This document shows, piece by piece, positions 17,669 to 28,083 of a stretch of 64,000 nucleotides of DNA. Made by a program: the position numbers and the translations under genes. Numbering within the stretch: the stretch's first letter is position 1; every line of letters starts with the position of its first letter. The notes below the pieces were generated by a model. The model saw only the letters and a list, made by a program, of their open reading frames with translations. It ran no database searches and was not told the DNA's origin. Source of the stretch: Alphaproteobacteria bacterium (GTDB lineage Bacteria; Pseudomonadota; Alphaproteobacteria; UBA11073); assembly GCA_965246755.1 (NCBI GenBank), contig OZ251979.1, forward strand, positions 1,566,642 to 1,630,641, given 5' to 3'.

Positions 17669-19645
17669 TTAAATGACGTTTTTATTGAGTGCGGCTTTTT
17701 GCCGCAATTCGCGATCCAGTTTACGTTTCAATTCATCCTGGTTAAATGGTTTAGAGATATAATCTGTCATCCCGGCACTCAGGCATTTTTCGCGATCGCC
17801 TGCCAGCGCATAAGCCGTCATGCCAATGATCGATATTGGCGGCAAATTATGCATTTTTTCATGCTGGCGGATTTGCGCGGTGGCTTCCAATCCATTCATG
17901 TTCGGCATTTGCACATCCATGAGGATGGCATCGTAAATGTGTGCGGTTGCCTTTTCAATCGCCTCATGGCCGTTGTTGGCAACCTCATAACGATAACCAA
18001 AATGTTCTAAAATCGTGGTTGCCACCAGAATATTCGGTGCATAATCTTCCACTAATAAAATTAACGGTGCGTTAGCAGGTTGTTCCAATTTATCAAATTG
18101 AATTATCGAAGCGGTCGGATAGTGAACCGCGGCAGCGGGTTTTTTTTCTTTGGCAATTGTAAGCGGCAATATCACGGTAAAGGTTGAACCCTGGCCCATC
18201 GTGCTGTCCAACGTCACACTGCCATGCATATTTTCTACCAATGATTTGGTAATCGCCAGACCGAGGCCGGTGCCGCCGTAATGACGGTTAATGCTGGTAT
18301 CTGCCTGAATAAATTTTTGAAATATCGCCTCGCGCTTTTCTTCGGCAATGCCAATGCCAGTGTCTGACACTGCTATCACAATATTTTCAGAGTTTTTTTG
18401 CGCGCCAGGCTCAGTGTGAATTTTGATATTTACGATACCTTGCGTGGTAAATTTAATGGCATTACTGCATAAATTCATAATTATCTGGCGCAGCCGCGTG
18501 GTGTCACCAATAAAATTTTTATGACGGATGCTTTCAATATCAGTCATGAGCGACAGATTTTTTTCTACAGCCCGCACGCTCAATATATTGATAATTTCCT
18601 TCATTAAATCATAAAAATTAAACTGTATCTGTTCTAGTTCAAAGCTGCGCGACTCAATTTTAGAAATATCTAGCAGGTCGTTAATCAGAGCCAGTAAGGT
18701 ATCCGCGCTCAGCTGCAGCGTTTTGATAAACTCTTTTTGCTGGGGCGTCAGCGGCACACTGACCGCCAAAATATTCGCAAGACCGATCACCACATTCATT
18801 GGCGTGCGGATTTCATGGCTCATATTCGCCAAAAATTCCGACTTCGCTAGATTGGCTTCTTCGGCTTTTTCCTTGGCCTCACGCAGCGTATTTTCCAATA
18901 ACCGCTGGTCGGTGATATCGGTCGCGGTACCGAACCAGCGCAATATTTTACCTTTATCATCCTGCATCGGCATTGCGCCGGCTAAAAACCAGCGATAGTC
19001 GCCGTCTTTACCGCGCAGCGGGAATGTCGCCTCCCACTTTTCGCCTTTGGTCACCATCGCATCCCGATACTGCATAAAATCTTTATAATAATCAGGGTGA
19101 TGGATTTTAACGCGTTCTTTGTCGGACATCGTTTTAAACGTGTAACCGGTATAGTCATAAAACCGCTGATTGTACCAGGTTGTCTGGCCCGCCGCATCGG
19201 TCATCCAGGCCAACTGCGGAATCGCATTGGCCATTTGGCGAAATCTTTCCTCGCTGCGTTCAACTTCGTCTTCGGCGCGTTTACGCGATGTTACATCCGA
19301 CAATGAAAATACCACGCCCAAAAATTCATGGCCGTTTAAAATCGGCTGGGCGGCGATCCGGAACCAATTGCCATGGTGATCAAACGATTCACGGTATTGG
19401 GGTTGGCAGGTTTCCTTGACTAATTGCAGTGCAATTGGCGTATGCTGATAATTGAGACTGGCCAGGTAATCGCGGAGATTTTCTGACTTTAAGCGGTCCG
19501 CATCCAGCGGCATGATATGCCCCAACGCGCGATTATGTCGCACCATCATCAAATCTTTATCTAGCAAACATATGCCATCGGGCAACGAGTCAAAAATTAT
19601 TGACCACTCATTATCAAAAATTGGTTGCGGTTGGGTCGTGGACAT
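17669..19645 (-). CDS. Hybrid sensor histidine kinase/response regulator with PAS domains
   Basis: HisKA H-box MSHEIRTPMN, HATPase_c, C-terminal receiver (LLVEDYAPN...DAILMDVQMPNMNG). Confidence 0.85.
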   Translation of the reverse strand: MSTTQPQPIFDNEWSIIFDSLPDGICLLDKDLMMVRHNRALGHIMPLDADRLKSENLRDYLASLNYQHTPIALQLVKETCQPQYRESFDHHGNWFRIAAQPILNGHEFLGVVFSLSDVTSRKRAEDEVERSEERFRQMANAIPQLAWMTDAAGQTTWYNQRFYDYTGYTFKTMSDKERVKIHHPDYYKDFMQYRDAMVTKGEKWEATFPLRGKDGDYRWFLAGAMPMQDDKGKILRWFGTATDITDQRLLENTLREAKEKAEEANLAKSEFLANMSHEIRTPMNVVIGLANILAVSVPLTPQQKEFIKTLQLSADTLLALINDLLDISKIESRSFELEQIQFNFYDLMKEIINILSVRAVEKNLSLMTDIESIRHKNFIGDTTRLRQIIMNLCSNAIKFTTQGIVNIKIHTEPGAQKNSENIVIAVSDTGIGIAEEKREAIFQKFIQADTSINRHYGGTGLGLAITKSLVENMHGSVTLDSTMGQGSTFTVILPLTIAKEKKPAAAVHYPTASIIQFDKLEQPANAPLILLVEDYAPNILVATTILEHFGYRYEVANNGHEAIEKATAHIYDAILMDVQMPNMNGLEATAQIRQHEKMHNLPPISIIGMTAYALAGDREKCLSAGMTDYISKPFNQDELKRKLDRELRQKAALNKNVI

Positions 19646-19816
19646 TCAAAACAGGCCTTAAAAACACAAGGTGACAGCAACTGATAGCTCATAAATAACC
19701 GATTTTACTGGGAAATGGTAGGTTTTTTTCAAGGATAGTAACATAACCTTATGTTTTACCAAGCGAAGCCACTAAAATGTATTACAAATTGATATAGCGC
19801 TGTTTAAGCAAAAAAG

Positions 19817-20533
19817 ATGGCACTGGATTTGCGCGATTTTGTTTTAGATATCCATCAGCGGTTATGCAGTCTGTATGGCTGTCCGGTTGCCTATTTTGGC
19901 AATCGCGATCCTTTAAGCCAGCTGGTATCGTCTTTGCTGTCGCAGCGCACCACCAATAAAAATAAAAGTATCGCCTTTAAGGCGCTGGTCGCGGCTTTAC
20001 CGACCTGGGAAGCTGTGCGGGACGCGCCGGTTGAAGAGATTAAACAATTTATTCATGTCGTTACGTACGCAGAACAGAAAGCGCCACGGATCAAAGCGAT
20101 GCTACAGGAAATTACCACCCGCGTTGGTAGCCTGTCGCTGGATTTTTTAGAAAATATGGACCTTGCCGCCGCGCGCAACTGGCTGCAAAGCCTGCATGGC
20201 GTGGGTCCCAAAACCGCCAATGCCGTCCTGTCGTTCAGCCGCCTGCGCATGCGCGCGATGCCGGTGGATGCGCATCATTACCGCGTTGCCGTGCGGCTGG
20301 CGCTGGTGCCGCCCACCGTGGGCGAAGGTAAGGCGCATGATGTACTGGTCGCGTTGTTACCCGACGATTGGAGCGCGCAAGACCTCTATGATCATCATGA
20401 AATCATGATGTTTCACGGCCAGCGCGTGTGTTTTTTCAAAAAGCCGAATTGTCCGGCCTGCGTGCTGCTCGACATCTGCCCAACCGGTCAGGCGCGCCTG
20501 ACCGGATCTGACGCCGCGCCAATTGATGCCTAA
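19817..20533 (+). CDS. Endonuclease III family (HhH-GPD) DNA glycosylase with 4Fe-4S cluster
   Basis: HhH LHGVGPKTANAVL; C-terminal C-X6-C-X2-C-X5-C (CFFKKPNCPACVLLDIC). Confidence 0.7.
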   Translation: MALDLRDFVLDIHQRLCSLYGCPVAYFGNRDPLSQLVSSLLSQRTTNKNKSIAFKALVAALPTWEAVRDAPVEEIKQFIHVVTYAEQKAPRIKAMLQEITTRVGSLSLDFLENMDLAAARNWLQSLHGVGPKTANAVLSFSRLRMRAMPVDAHHYRVAVRLALVPPTVGEGKAHDVLVALLPDDWSAQDLYDHHEIMMFHGQRVCFFKKPNCPACVLLDICPTGQARLTGSDAAPIDA

Positions 20534-21351
20534 CGGCTTTTGACCACCATACAGGGCTGCTGGCGCGTTTTTAATTTGTCGCACACAGCGGCGGCGGCGG
20601 CGCGTGTCATTGGGCCCGCCTGCACACGAAAGAAGGTGCCCTTGTCACCGACATCCGCCTTTACATATTGCGGGTTCAGCGTGCCCAACACATCGCCATT
20701 CTTGCTTTGCATCTTTTTCCATTCGGCGCTGGCCTTGTCCTGTTCCTTAACGGCAGCCAATTGAATATTGAAGGCGGCATCGCCACCGGCCGTCGCCATC
20801 TCTGTTACAGGCGCAACCGGTTTTTGATCGGCCGCCGTGGTCGTTGGTGCCGGGGTTGGCGTGACCGGAGCCGGCTTGGCAACCGGAGTTTCGGCTGCAG
20901 TTACCGGTGGCTTGGCATCAGCTGCAGGCGTTGTTTCCGCCGGGGTCGCTGTCTCGGCAGTTTGTGGCGGTGCCGCCGCTGGTGCATCTTCCGTTATCTC
21001 AACCGGTTTTTCCGGGGTCGGCAATAATTGCTCGACATCTTCGGCCTTCGCATTCTTATCCATGCGGTTGTAAACCAGCGTATCCTGATGCGGAATATCC
21101 ATGCCGCCGGGATCGGTTGGTTTGGTTTTGGACATGCTGCTGTCCGCCTCTACTACCGGCAGGCCGCCTTCGGTTTTTGTCACCGCAACCTTGCTATAAC
21201 CATACCAGGCCAAGGCCGCAAAGACGAGCAGCGCGACGCATGTCGTGCCGATCAGCAGCGGTTTTAACGGCGTGCGCGCACGTTGGGCGCGGCGGTTATC
21301 ATCCGGATAGTAGTTTTTGAAATTATCATTTTCATCATAATTATTGGTCAT
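20530..21351 (-). CDS. SPOR-domain protein with single TM and Pro/Ala/Thr-rich linker
   Basis: C-terminal SPOR domain FNIQLAAVKEQDKASAEWKKMQSK...FFRVQAGPM; start chosen at MTNNYD (21351), preceded by GGAGAG SD. Confidence 0.7.
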   Translation of the reverse strand: MTNNYDENDNFKNYYPDDNRRAQRARTPLKPLLIGTTCVALLVFAALAWYGYSKVAVTKTEGGLPVVEADSSMSKTKPTDPGGMDIPHQDTLVYNRMDKNAKAEDVEQLLPTPEKPVEITEDAPAAAPPQTAETATPAETTPAADAKPPVTAAETPVAKPAPVTPTPAPTTTAADQKPVAPVTEMATAGGDAAFNIQLAAVKEQDKASAEWKKMQSKNGDVLGTLNPQYVKADVGDKGTFFRVQAGPMTRAAAAAVCDKLKTRQQPCMVVKSR

Positions 21352-21364
21352 TGAAATCTCTCCG

Positions 21365-23095
21365 TTACATCTGTTCAACTGGCGCAACGCCAATAATATT
21401 CAATCCAGCCGCGATGACAAGCGCCGTTGCACGCAGCAAAGCCAGCCGCGCCGCGGTTAAGCCCGGATTTTCGGGTTGCAGAAAACGCAGCGTGGCATCA
21501 TCCCTGACCCCAGTCCACAGCTGGTGAAAGGCGGCCGCCGCCTCCATCAGATAAAACGAAAAGCGGTGTGGTTCGTGCAGATCCGCCGCTGTCTCGACCA
21601 GGCGCGGCCAGCCGGCCAGCAGCTTGATCAATGACAGTTCTTCCGGCGCGACCAGCACTGACAGGTCTGCCGCCGTCAGATCGGTATCGGCAATTTTCAA
21701 TTGCGGCAACTGTTCCGCCGCATGCCGCAACACCGAACAGATCCGTGCATGCGCATATTGAATATAAAAAACCGGATTATCTTTGGACTGTTCGGTCACC
21801 TTGGCAAAATCAAAATCGAGCGTTTGGTCTTGGCGGCGCGTTAGCATGATCAGCCGCACGACATCCTTGCCGACCCGCTCCACAACGTCTGATAGGAACA
21901 CCAGGTTACCGGCGCGTTTGGATAGTTTAACCAGCTGACCGTTTTCGAGCAGTCGCACCAGTTGCACGGTTTTGATATCCAGCGCCGCCTGTTGGCCGCT
22001 GACCGCACGTGTCGCCGCGATGATGCGTTTGACATAACCCGCATGATCGGCACCGAACACATTGGCCATTAGCTTAAAGCCGCGCTGGAATTTATCGAAA
22101 TGACAGGCGACGTCGGAGGCAAAATAGGTCCAGCTGCCATCGCTTTTCTTAAGCGGCCGATCGACATCATCGCCAAAATCGGTGGCGCGGAATAAGTACT
22201 GGTCGCGCGGCTCCCAATCCTCAGGCTTTTCACCTTTGGGCGCCTCCAGCTGGCCGAAATAAATATGCCCGTCCGCCTGCAGCTTATCAAACGCAGCCTG
22301 CACGGCGCCGCTTTCCACCAAGTGGCGTTCCGATAACACCACGTCCTGCACAATTCCCAGCAATTCCAGATCTGCCTTGATGATCTTCATCATCTCATCA
22401 ATGGCGAATGCGCGTACCAGCGGCAGCCATTCGTCTTCGGCGGCATTCAGCCAAGTGTCGCCTTCGCGCGCCGCGAGCGCCTGGCCCACCGGTATCAGAT
22501 ATTCACCCGGGTAACAGCCGTCAGGAATGGTGACGGTTTCGCCCAATGCCTCGCGGTAACGCAAATAGACCGAGCGCGCCAAGACATTCACTTGATTGCC
22601 GTAATCATTCAAATAATATTCGCGGCATACTTTATATCCAACGAATTCTAATAAATTGCATAAAGCATCGCCAAACACCGCGCCGCGCGCGTGTGATGCT
22701 AAAAGCGGTCCGGTTGGATTGGCGGACACATATTCCACATTAAACGGCTGCCCTTGGCCCACATCCGCTGCGCCGTAGCGCGCACCGCTTTGCAAAATCG
22801 TTTTTACCTGGCCTTGCCAAAAACTGGGTGACAGCTGCAGATTGATAAAACCGGGTCCAGCTACCGTTACGTCAGTCACTTGCGGATGCGATTTTAAACG
22901 CGCTGCCAATTGTTCCGCCAACGCGCGCGGATTTTGCCCAGCGGGTTTCGCCATAACCATAGCGGCATTGGTCGCCATATCACCATGCGCGGCATCTTTC
23001 GGTGCCTCAACCGTGATTTTATCCAGCGGCAGGTTCGGCAGCAGTACAGCCATTTCCTGCTGCACAAATAATTTCACATCCTGGAAAATATTCAT
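21365..23095 (-). CDS. argS: Arginine--tRNA ligase
   Basis: 576 aa; GPGFINL, HIGH-like region, C-terminal DALR anticodon-binding domain ending ...VAPVEQM. Confidence 0.9.
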   Translation of the reverse strand: MNIFQDVKLFVQQEMAVLLPNLPLDKITVEAPKDAAHGDMATNAAMVMAKPAGQNPRALAEQLAARLKSHPQVTDVTVAGPGFINLQLSPSFWQGQVKTILQSGARYGAADVGQGQPFNVEYVSANPTGPLLASHARGAVFGDALCNLLEFVGYKVCREYYLNDYGNQVNVLARSVYLRYREALGETVTIPDGCYPGEYLIPVGQALAAREGDTWLNAAEDEWLPLVRAFAIDEMMKIIKADLELLGIVQDVVLSERHLVESGAVQAAFDKLQADGHIYFGQLEAPKGEKPEDWEPRDQYLFRATDFGDDVDRPLKKSDGSWTYFASDVACHFDKFQRGFKLMANVFGADHAGYVKRIIAATRAVSGQQAALDIKTVQLVRLLENGQLVKLSKRAGNLVFLSDVVERVGKDVVRLIMLTRRQDQTLDFDFAKVTEQSKDNPVFYIQYAHARICSVLRHAAEQLPQLKIADTDLTAADLSVLVAPEELSLIKLLAGWPRLVETAADLHEPHRFSFYLMEAAAAFHQLWTGVRDDATLRFLQPENPGLTAARLALLRATALVIAAGLNIIGVAPVEQM

Positions 23096-24300
23096 TACTT
23101 ACACTCAACATTCATATCAAATAACCGGTCCCATTCCAGCATCGCGTAGTTGTCTGTCATGCCGGCAATGTAATCACAAATTATGCGCGCCTGCAGATGT
23201 GATGATGATTGGTCGCGGATCATATTATACCAGTCGGTTGGCAGCGTTTCAGGCTCTGCCAGAAAACGGTTGAACAGATCGGTTACAACCTTGCGCGCCT
23301 TGCTGGTCATGCGGTTAACCGTGTAATGGCGGTAAACCCGTTCCATCAGAAACGCGCGCAGCTGCTTGATATTTTGCTGCATACCCGATGAAAAGGCGAT
23401 GACCGCGGTTTTAGCGTGCCGCACATCGCTTGCCGATTGCGGGTTTAACCGTGACAGGCGGTCCTGACTTTCCAGCACCAGGTCTTTGACCATCACATCA
23501 ATCATGCGGCGCACTGCTTCGAATATCAGCCGTGTTTTAGCCAGCTTGGGATATTGCACCATCAGCTTTTCAATAATTTCGCCAATGATCGGCAGATCAC
23601 GAATATCATCAAAGTTAAAAAGTCCTGCACGTAGCCCATCATCAATATCATGATTGTTGTAGGCAATATCATCGGACAGCGCCGCGACCTGCGCCTCTGC
23701 CGATGCAAAGGTGCCAAGCTCCAAATTCATATAGCTTTGAAAACCATTGATGGTATGCGGCAATTGTTTGCCTTCCGCCAATGGCAGCAGCGGGCCGTTA
23801 TGCTTGACGACACCTTCTAGCGTTTCCCATGACAAGTTCAAACCATCGAAGTCCGCATAGCGGCGCTCGAGCTGCGTTAAAATCCGTAGCGCCTGATCAT
23901 TATGATTAAACCCGCCATAAGGCGCCATACATTCCTGCAGCGCATCTTCACCGGCATGACCGAACGGCGGATGCCCCAAATCATGCGCCAGCGCCACCGC
24001 CTCCGCCATATCTTCATCAAGCCCCAGCGTTCGCGCGATGCTGCGCGCGATTTGCGCGACCTCCAATGAATGCGTCAGGCGCGTGCGGTAATAATCGCCC
24101 ATATGCACAACGAAGACCTGGGTTTTTTGTTTCAACTTACGAAAGGCCGCCGAATGCACAATCCGGTCGCGGTCGCGCTGATACGGCGTTTTCATGCTGC
24201 TTTCGGCTTCCGAGTGCCGCCGTCCACGGCTGTCCAGCGGATTGACAGCATAGATCGCCCGCGGCGGCGGTTGGTATGGCGGAATTGCAGCATTATTCAT
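23095..24300 (-). CDS. dgt: dGTPase-like HD-domain triphosphohydrolase
   Basis: YQRDRDRIVHSAAFRKLKQKTQVF...RLTHSLEVAQIARSIA...AHDLGHPPFGH. Confidence 0.85.
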   Translation of the reverse strand: MNNAAIPPYQPPPRAIYAVNPLDSRGRRHSEAESSMKTPYQRDRDRIVHSAAFRKLKQKTQVFVVHMGDYYRTRLTHSLEVAQIARSIARTLGLDEDMAEAVALAHDLGHPPFGHAGEDALQECMAPYGGFNHNDQALRILTQLERRYADFDGLNLSWETLEGVVKHNGPLLPLAEGKQLPHTINGFQSYMNLELGTFASAEAQVAALSDDIAYNNHDIDDGLRAGLFNFDDIRDLPIIGEIIEKLMVQYPKLAKTRLIFEAVRRMIDVMVKDLVLESQDRLSRLNPQSASDVRHAKTAVIAFSSGMQQNIKQLRAFLMERVYRHYTVNRMTSKARKVVTDLFNRFLAEPETLPTDWYNMIRDQSSSHLQARIICDYIAGMTDNYAMLEWDRLFDMNVECK

Positions 24301-24359
24301 GGTTAGAATATTTACAAATATAACATGGCAAAGTCACGCTTTATAATTATATATAAAGT

Positions 24360-24689
24360 ATGACAATTACCCTTACCCCATCTGCAGTATCGCGCATTTA
24401 TGAAATCCGCGAACGGCAAGACAATCCGGCACTGAACCTGCGGTTGCGCGTGGATGGCGGCGGCTGCGCGGGGTTTCAATATATTTGGACGTTTGATGAC
24501 CAGACCCATGGCGATGATCACAAAATCAGTGATGGTGATGCCAACCTGTTAATTGATGACGTATCGTTGGAATTCGTGAGCGGCGCCAAGATTGATTTTG
24601 TGCGCGATCTGCTGGGTGATTATTTCGCGGTAGACAACCCCAATGCGGACAGCGGTTGCGGCTGCGGCACCAGTTTTTCCGTGAAATAG
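24360..24689 (+). CDS. erpA: Iron-sulfur cluster insertion protein, HesB/IscA/ErpA family
   Basis: 109 aa; LRLRVDGGGCAGFQY and C-terminal CGCGTSFSV. Confidence 0.8.
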   Translation: MTITLTPSAVSRIYEIRERQDNPALNLRLRVDGGGCAGFQYIWTFDDQTHGDDHKISDGDANLLIDDVSLEFVSGAKIDFVRDLLGDYFAVDNPNADSGCGCGTSFSVK

Positions 24690-24694
24690 TTCTT

Positions 24695-25465
24695 ATGAAA
24701 ATTGCCACCTGGAATATTAACTCCGTCCGCCTGCGCGCGGCGATGGCGGTAGAATGGCTATCCACCAATAACATCGATGTCATTTGTTTCCAGGAACTCA
24801 AATGCCAGAACGACCAGTTTCCCAAAGATGTGTTTGAACAAGCTGGCTATTTGCATCAGGCCGTTGTCGGGCAAAAGGCGTGGAATGGTGTCGCGGTGCT
24901 GTCCAAACAGCCACTGGAGATTATCAGCACCACCTTACCCGGTGACAATACCGACAGCCATGCCCGTTACCTGGAAGTTGCTATCAATGATGTTCGCATC
25001 ATTAACATCTATGCGCCGAATGGTAACCCGGTCGGCACTGAAAAATTTCCCTATAAGCTGACGTGGTTGGCGCGGCTTTATGCTCATGCCGCGCAGTTGC
25101 GCAAAGACAATTTGCCGTTTTTAATTTGCGGCGATTTCAACATTATCCCTGAAGCCATCGATTGTTATGATCCCAAAGTCTGGCAGGATGACGCGCTGTT
25201 CCGACCGGAGACGCGCAAATTGTGGCGCAGCCTGTGTAATCTGGGGCTGACCGATGCGGTGCGGGTATTTTATCCCACCCAAAAATTATACAGCTTTTGG
25301 GATTACACCGGCGGCGCACGCCAGCGAAATTTAGGCATTCGCATTGATCATTTTTTAACGTCGCCACAACTGACCGACCGTATTATCAACACCGTTATCG
25401 ACGACAGCCCGCGCGACCTTGAAAAACCGTCAGATCACGTGCCAGTGATTTTAGAGTTAACTTAG
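24695..25465 (+). CDS. xthA: Exodeoxyribonuclease III
   Basis: MKIATWNINSVRLR...CFQELK; start set at the ATG at 24695 rather than the overlapping upstream ORF start. Confidence 0.85.
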   Translation: MKIATWNINSVRLRAAMAVEWLSTNNIDVICFQELKCQNDQFPKDVFEQAGYLHQAVVGQKAWNGVAVLSKQPLEIISTTLPGDNTDSHARYLEVAINDVRIINIYAPNGNPVGTEKFPYKLTWLARLYAHAAQLRKDNLPFLICGDFNIIPEAIDCYDPKVWQDDALFRPETRKLWRSLCNLGLTDAVRVFYPTQKLYSFWDYTGGARQRNLGIRIDHFLTSPQLTDRIINTVIDDSPRDLEKPSDHVPVILELT

Positions 25466-25484
25466 TTGCTCTTGGAAGAATTTA

Positions 25485-25637
25485 GCCTCCCCCTTGTGGG
25501 GAGGCACAAAAATTAAAGGCGGCGCGCAGCAAAGCCATGTAATTTTTGGGTGGGGGACTTAATTTAAATCTACCAACCCCCACCCAAATTTTCATCGCTA
25601 CGCTGGAAAATTTGTGCCTCCCCACAAGGGAGGAGGC
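25485..25637. repeat. MITE-like compound palindromic element, copy A
   Basis: Outer hairpins gcctcccccttgtggggaggc and gcctccccacaagggaggaggc are inverted relative to each other; inner inverted repeat ttgggtggggg...cccccacccaa. Confidence 0.75.
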
Positions 25638-25658
25638 TGCACAGCGCTCAACATCAAT

Positions 25659-26804
25659 CTATCGCGTTGGACTATTCAAATCCCCGCCCACCGAAAATTC
25701 AGACAAATTAACAAAAGTTGATTTATCCTGGATAACTGCTTGCGGGATGATTTGCGGGCTATGCGTTTTGGCGATGTCCGGCATTTTTTTAACCGCGGTG
25801 CCAATCGCCATAAATTCAATGATGCCGTTGCCCAGATCATAAACATAGGTCTGCACGCCGAGGATATCATCGGCGCCGGCTTTATCCGCCTCCTGCTTTA
25901 ACTTATCAAAGGCGTTTTCGCGCGCGTCGTAAATAAGTGAGGTGAGTTCAGAAATCTCGCCGCGCACAAAGGATTTTATCATGCTGGTAAAACCGCCGAT
26001 AAAACCCAGCGAATAAACCGAAACACCCATGCACAGCCGCAGCGGCATATAGCCCATCGCGATTACATTCCACATCTCTTCATTGGTGAGATCACTAGTG
26101 ATGGGACTCTTGGTATGCAACGCAGGCAAATTCTCATGATAGGATGCCGTGCCGATCATCAACATTTCTACGACGCCGCCCTGAAACGGCAGGATCGAGG
26201 TTTTGATGCCGACCACGGCATTGGCGCCCACACCGCGCGCATCTTCGACAATGCGTTGCAACGCCAGATGCCGCGTATTATTGAACACCTGGCTGAATTC
26301 GGTAATTTCGCCGCGCCCGAGGCTACGCAACATGCCGAACAAGCCGCCGCCGAGACCGAGCGCATAGGCCACATTGCCGAAAGCAAAGCTGATCGGCTGG
26401 AACCCGCAATCTAGCTGACAGTATAACTCTTGGCCATCAGCTGAGGTTGAAAATTTATAATTTTCAGCGCTTTCGACACCTTTGGTATGCAACGCCGAAC
26501 CGATGCTCAAGAATTCGATATTCGGGCCATGCTGGACAATAGTGGAAGACACCCCAGTAATACCGCGGCTCCCGTGTTTCTTGGCCTCATTCTGTAACCG
26601 CTGGAATGACTCCAGCCGTCCTTCATGAATAACATTGGTGACCTGGGTTACCTCGCCGCCGATAAAGGTTTTGATGCCGGAGCCTAGGCTGCCCAAAAAG
26701 CCCAGTGAAAAAACGCTGTTACCGACCACGATATTGCCGGGCGCATAGCCCTTTTGGTCTAAACAATATAATTCATTGCCGGACAGCCCGGTGACAATCG
26801 CCAT
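25659..26804 (-). CDS. Triplicated YbjQ/UPF0145 (DUF74) domain protein
   Basis: Three tandem ~120-aa units, each with a G(G/R)GE(V/I)T/S..S...(ar)...A...L...A...GA(N/D).(V/I)(V/L)G(V/I) pattern typical of YbjQ. Confidence 0.7.
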   Translation of the reverse strand: MAIVTGLSGNELYCLDQKGYAPGNIVVGNSVFSLGFLGSLGSGIKTFIGGEVTQVTNVIHEGRLESFQRLQNEAKKHGSRGITGVSSTIVQHGPNIEFLSIGSALHTKGVESAENYKFSTSADGQELYCQLDCGFQPISFAFGNVAYALGLGGGLFGMLRSLGRGEITEFSQVFNNTRHLALQRIVEDARGVGANAVVGIKTSILPFQGGVVEMLMIGTASYHENLPALHTKSPITSDLTNEEMWNVIAMGYMPLRLCMGVSVYSLGFIGGFTSMIKSFVRGEISELTSLIYDARENAFDKLKQEADKAGADDILGVQTYVYDLGNGIIEFMAIGTAVKKMPDIAKTHSPQIIPQAVIQDKSTFVNLSEFSVGGDLNSPTR

Positions 26805-26836
26805 TAAAGTAAAACTCCAAACTATCCGTTATGTAT

Positions 26837-26973
26837 TCCTCTCCCTAGCAGGGAGAGGATAGAAACTCTTCGCGCACGCGTAGCATAAGCGGTTAGAATT
26901 TCTTGGTGAAGGGTGATTATAACAACCCCTCACCCGCCCCTAAAGGGGCACCCTCTCCCTCAAAGGGAGAGGG
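26837..26973. repeat. MITE-like compound palindromic element, copy B
   Basis: cctctccctagcagggagagg ... tgaaggg/cccctca ... cccgcccctaaaggggcaccctctccctcaaagggagaggg; right half ~85% identical to copy D. Confidence 0.75.
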
Positions 26974-27028
26974 AAAGTTGACCACCAATTGTATATTTTT
27001 CCCAGCAGAATCGCAATAAAACGATTTT

Positions 27029-27718
27029 ATGCCCGTTTACACATTATTCATCCTTGCTTGCATCATTTTACCCTATCTGATTGGTTCTATACCATTTGGA
27101 CTGATCCTGACCCGCGCCGCAGGCCTGGGCGATGTGCGTAAGATCGGCTCCGGCAATATTGGCGCAACCAACGTGCTGCGCACTGGGCGTAAGGACTTAG
27201 CGATTGCGACATTATTATGCGACGCGGCGAAGGGTGCGCTGGTCATTATCGCTTATCGCTATTTTATCGAACACAAGGTTATGCCGCAGATGGATTATTA
27301 TATGGGCATCACCTTTGGTGGCACACCTGCGCAAAAAGAACTTGTACAATGGTTGCCCTATGTGCCGCTGCTGGCGGGCGGCATGGTCATCATCGGCCAT
27401 ATGTTTTCCATTTGGCTGCGCTTTAAAGGCGGCAAGGGCGTTGCCACCTCGCTCGGCGTCATCACGGCGGTCAGCTGGCCGGTGGGAGTGGCAGCTTTTG
27501 GTACCTGGTTGCTGGTTGCTTTTGTCAGCCGTTATTCATCCCTGTCAGCAATGGCCGCCGCCGCCGCCGCGCCAATCTATGCCTGGTATTTTACCGACCA
27601 CGTAACCGCCCTTGCCTTTCTGGGTATTGCACTGCTCGTAATCACGAGGCATTACAAAAATATCAGAAATTTGCTGCAAGGCGCTGAAGCAAAAATTAAA
27701 TTAAAAAATTCCGTTTAG
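27029..27718 (+). CDS. plsY: Glycerol-3-phosphate acyltransferase PlsY
   Basis: GSIPFGL...GSGNIGATNVLR...KGGKGVAT motifs. Confidence 0.85.
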   Translation: MPVYTLFILACIILPYLIGSIPFGLILTRAAGLGDVRKIGSGNIGATNVLRTGRKDLAIATLLCDAAKGALVIIAYRYFIEHKVMPQMDYYMGITFGGTPAQKELVQWLPYVPLLAGGMVIIGHMFSIWLRFKGGKGVATSLGVITAVSWPVGVAAFGTWLLVAFVSRYSSLSAMAAAAAAPIYAWYFTDHVTALAFLGIALLVITRHYKNIRNLLQGAEAKIKLKNSV

Positions 27719-27996
27719 GGTTCGGATTTTGAACTCGTATTAAATTTTCTGATCATATTAACGTTGGTTTTTTTAGGTTTCATAATTATATCGTTTCCAG
27801 ACAAAACCTTAGTAAAAGAAGCTCTGTTTAATGGTGCGGTTATATTGTCATAGCTTGAATTATTGGATTTATGTAAAGAGTATACAGCAGCAGCAATAGG
27901 AGGAATACCAATAACAACTCCAATAAAAAATCCAGATACGATATGTGGAGCTATTTTTTTATTAGACATGTAGTTTTTCATAACATAAAATAGCAT
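27715..27996 (-). CDS. Hypothetical small single-TM protein (AT-rich)
   Basis: 93-aa ORF in a low-GC patch between plsY and dprA; one hydrophobic helix. Confidence 0.3.
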   Translation of the reverse strand: MLFYVMKNYMSNKKIAPHIVSGFFIGVVIGIPPIAAAVYSLHKSNNSSYDNITAPLNRASFTKVLSGNDIIMKPKKTNVNMIRKFNTSSKSEP

Positions 27997-28083
27997 ATTG
28001 TTTTACTTTCAACAAACAAATTAAAAATAATCCTTCCCATTCCCCCCAAAAGCCTGTTATAGCCCGCCGCGTTCGGACCAGCC

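Noticed and set aside
24656-24694. xthA start at 24656 (MRLRHQFFREIVLMKIATWN)
   Set aside because: It overlaps the erpA 3' end, and the conserved XthA N-terminus begins at MKIATWNIN, so I used the ATG at 24695.
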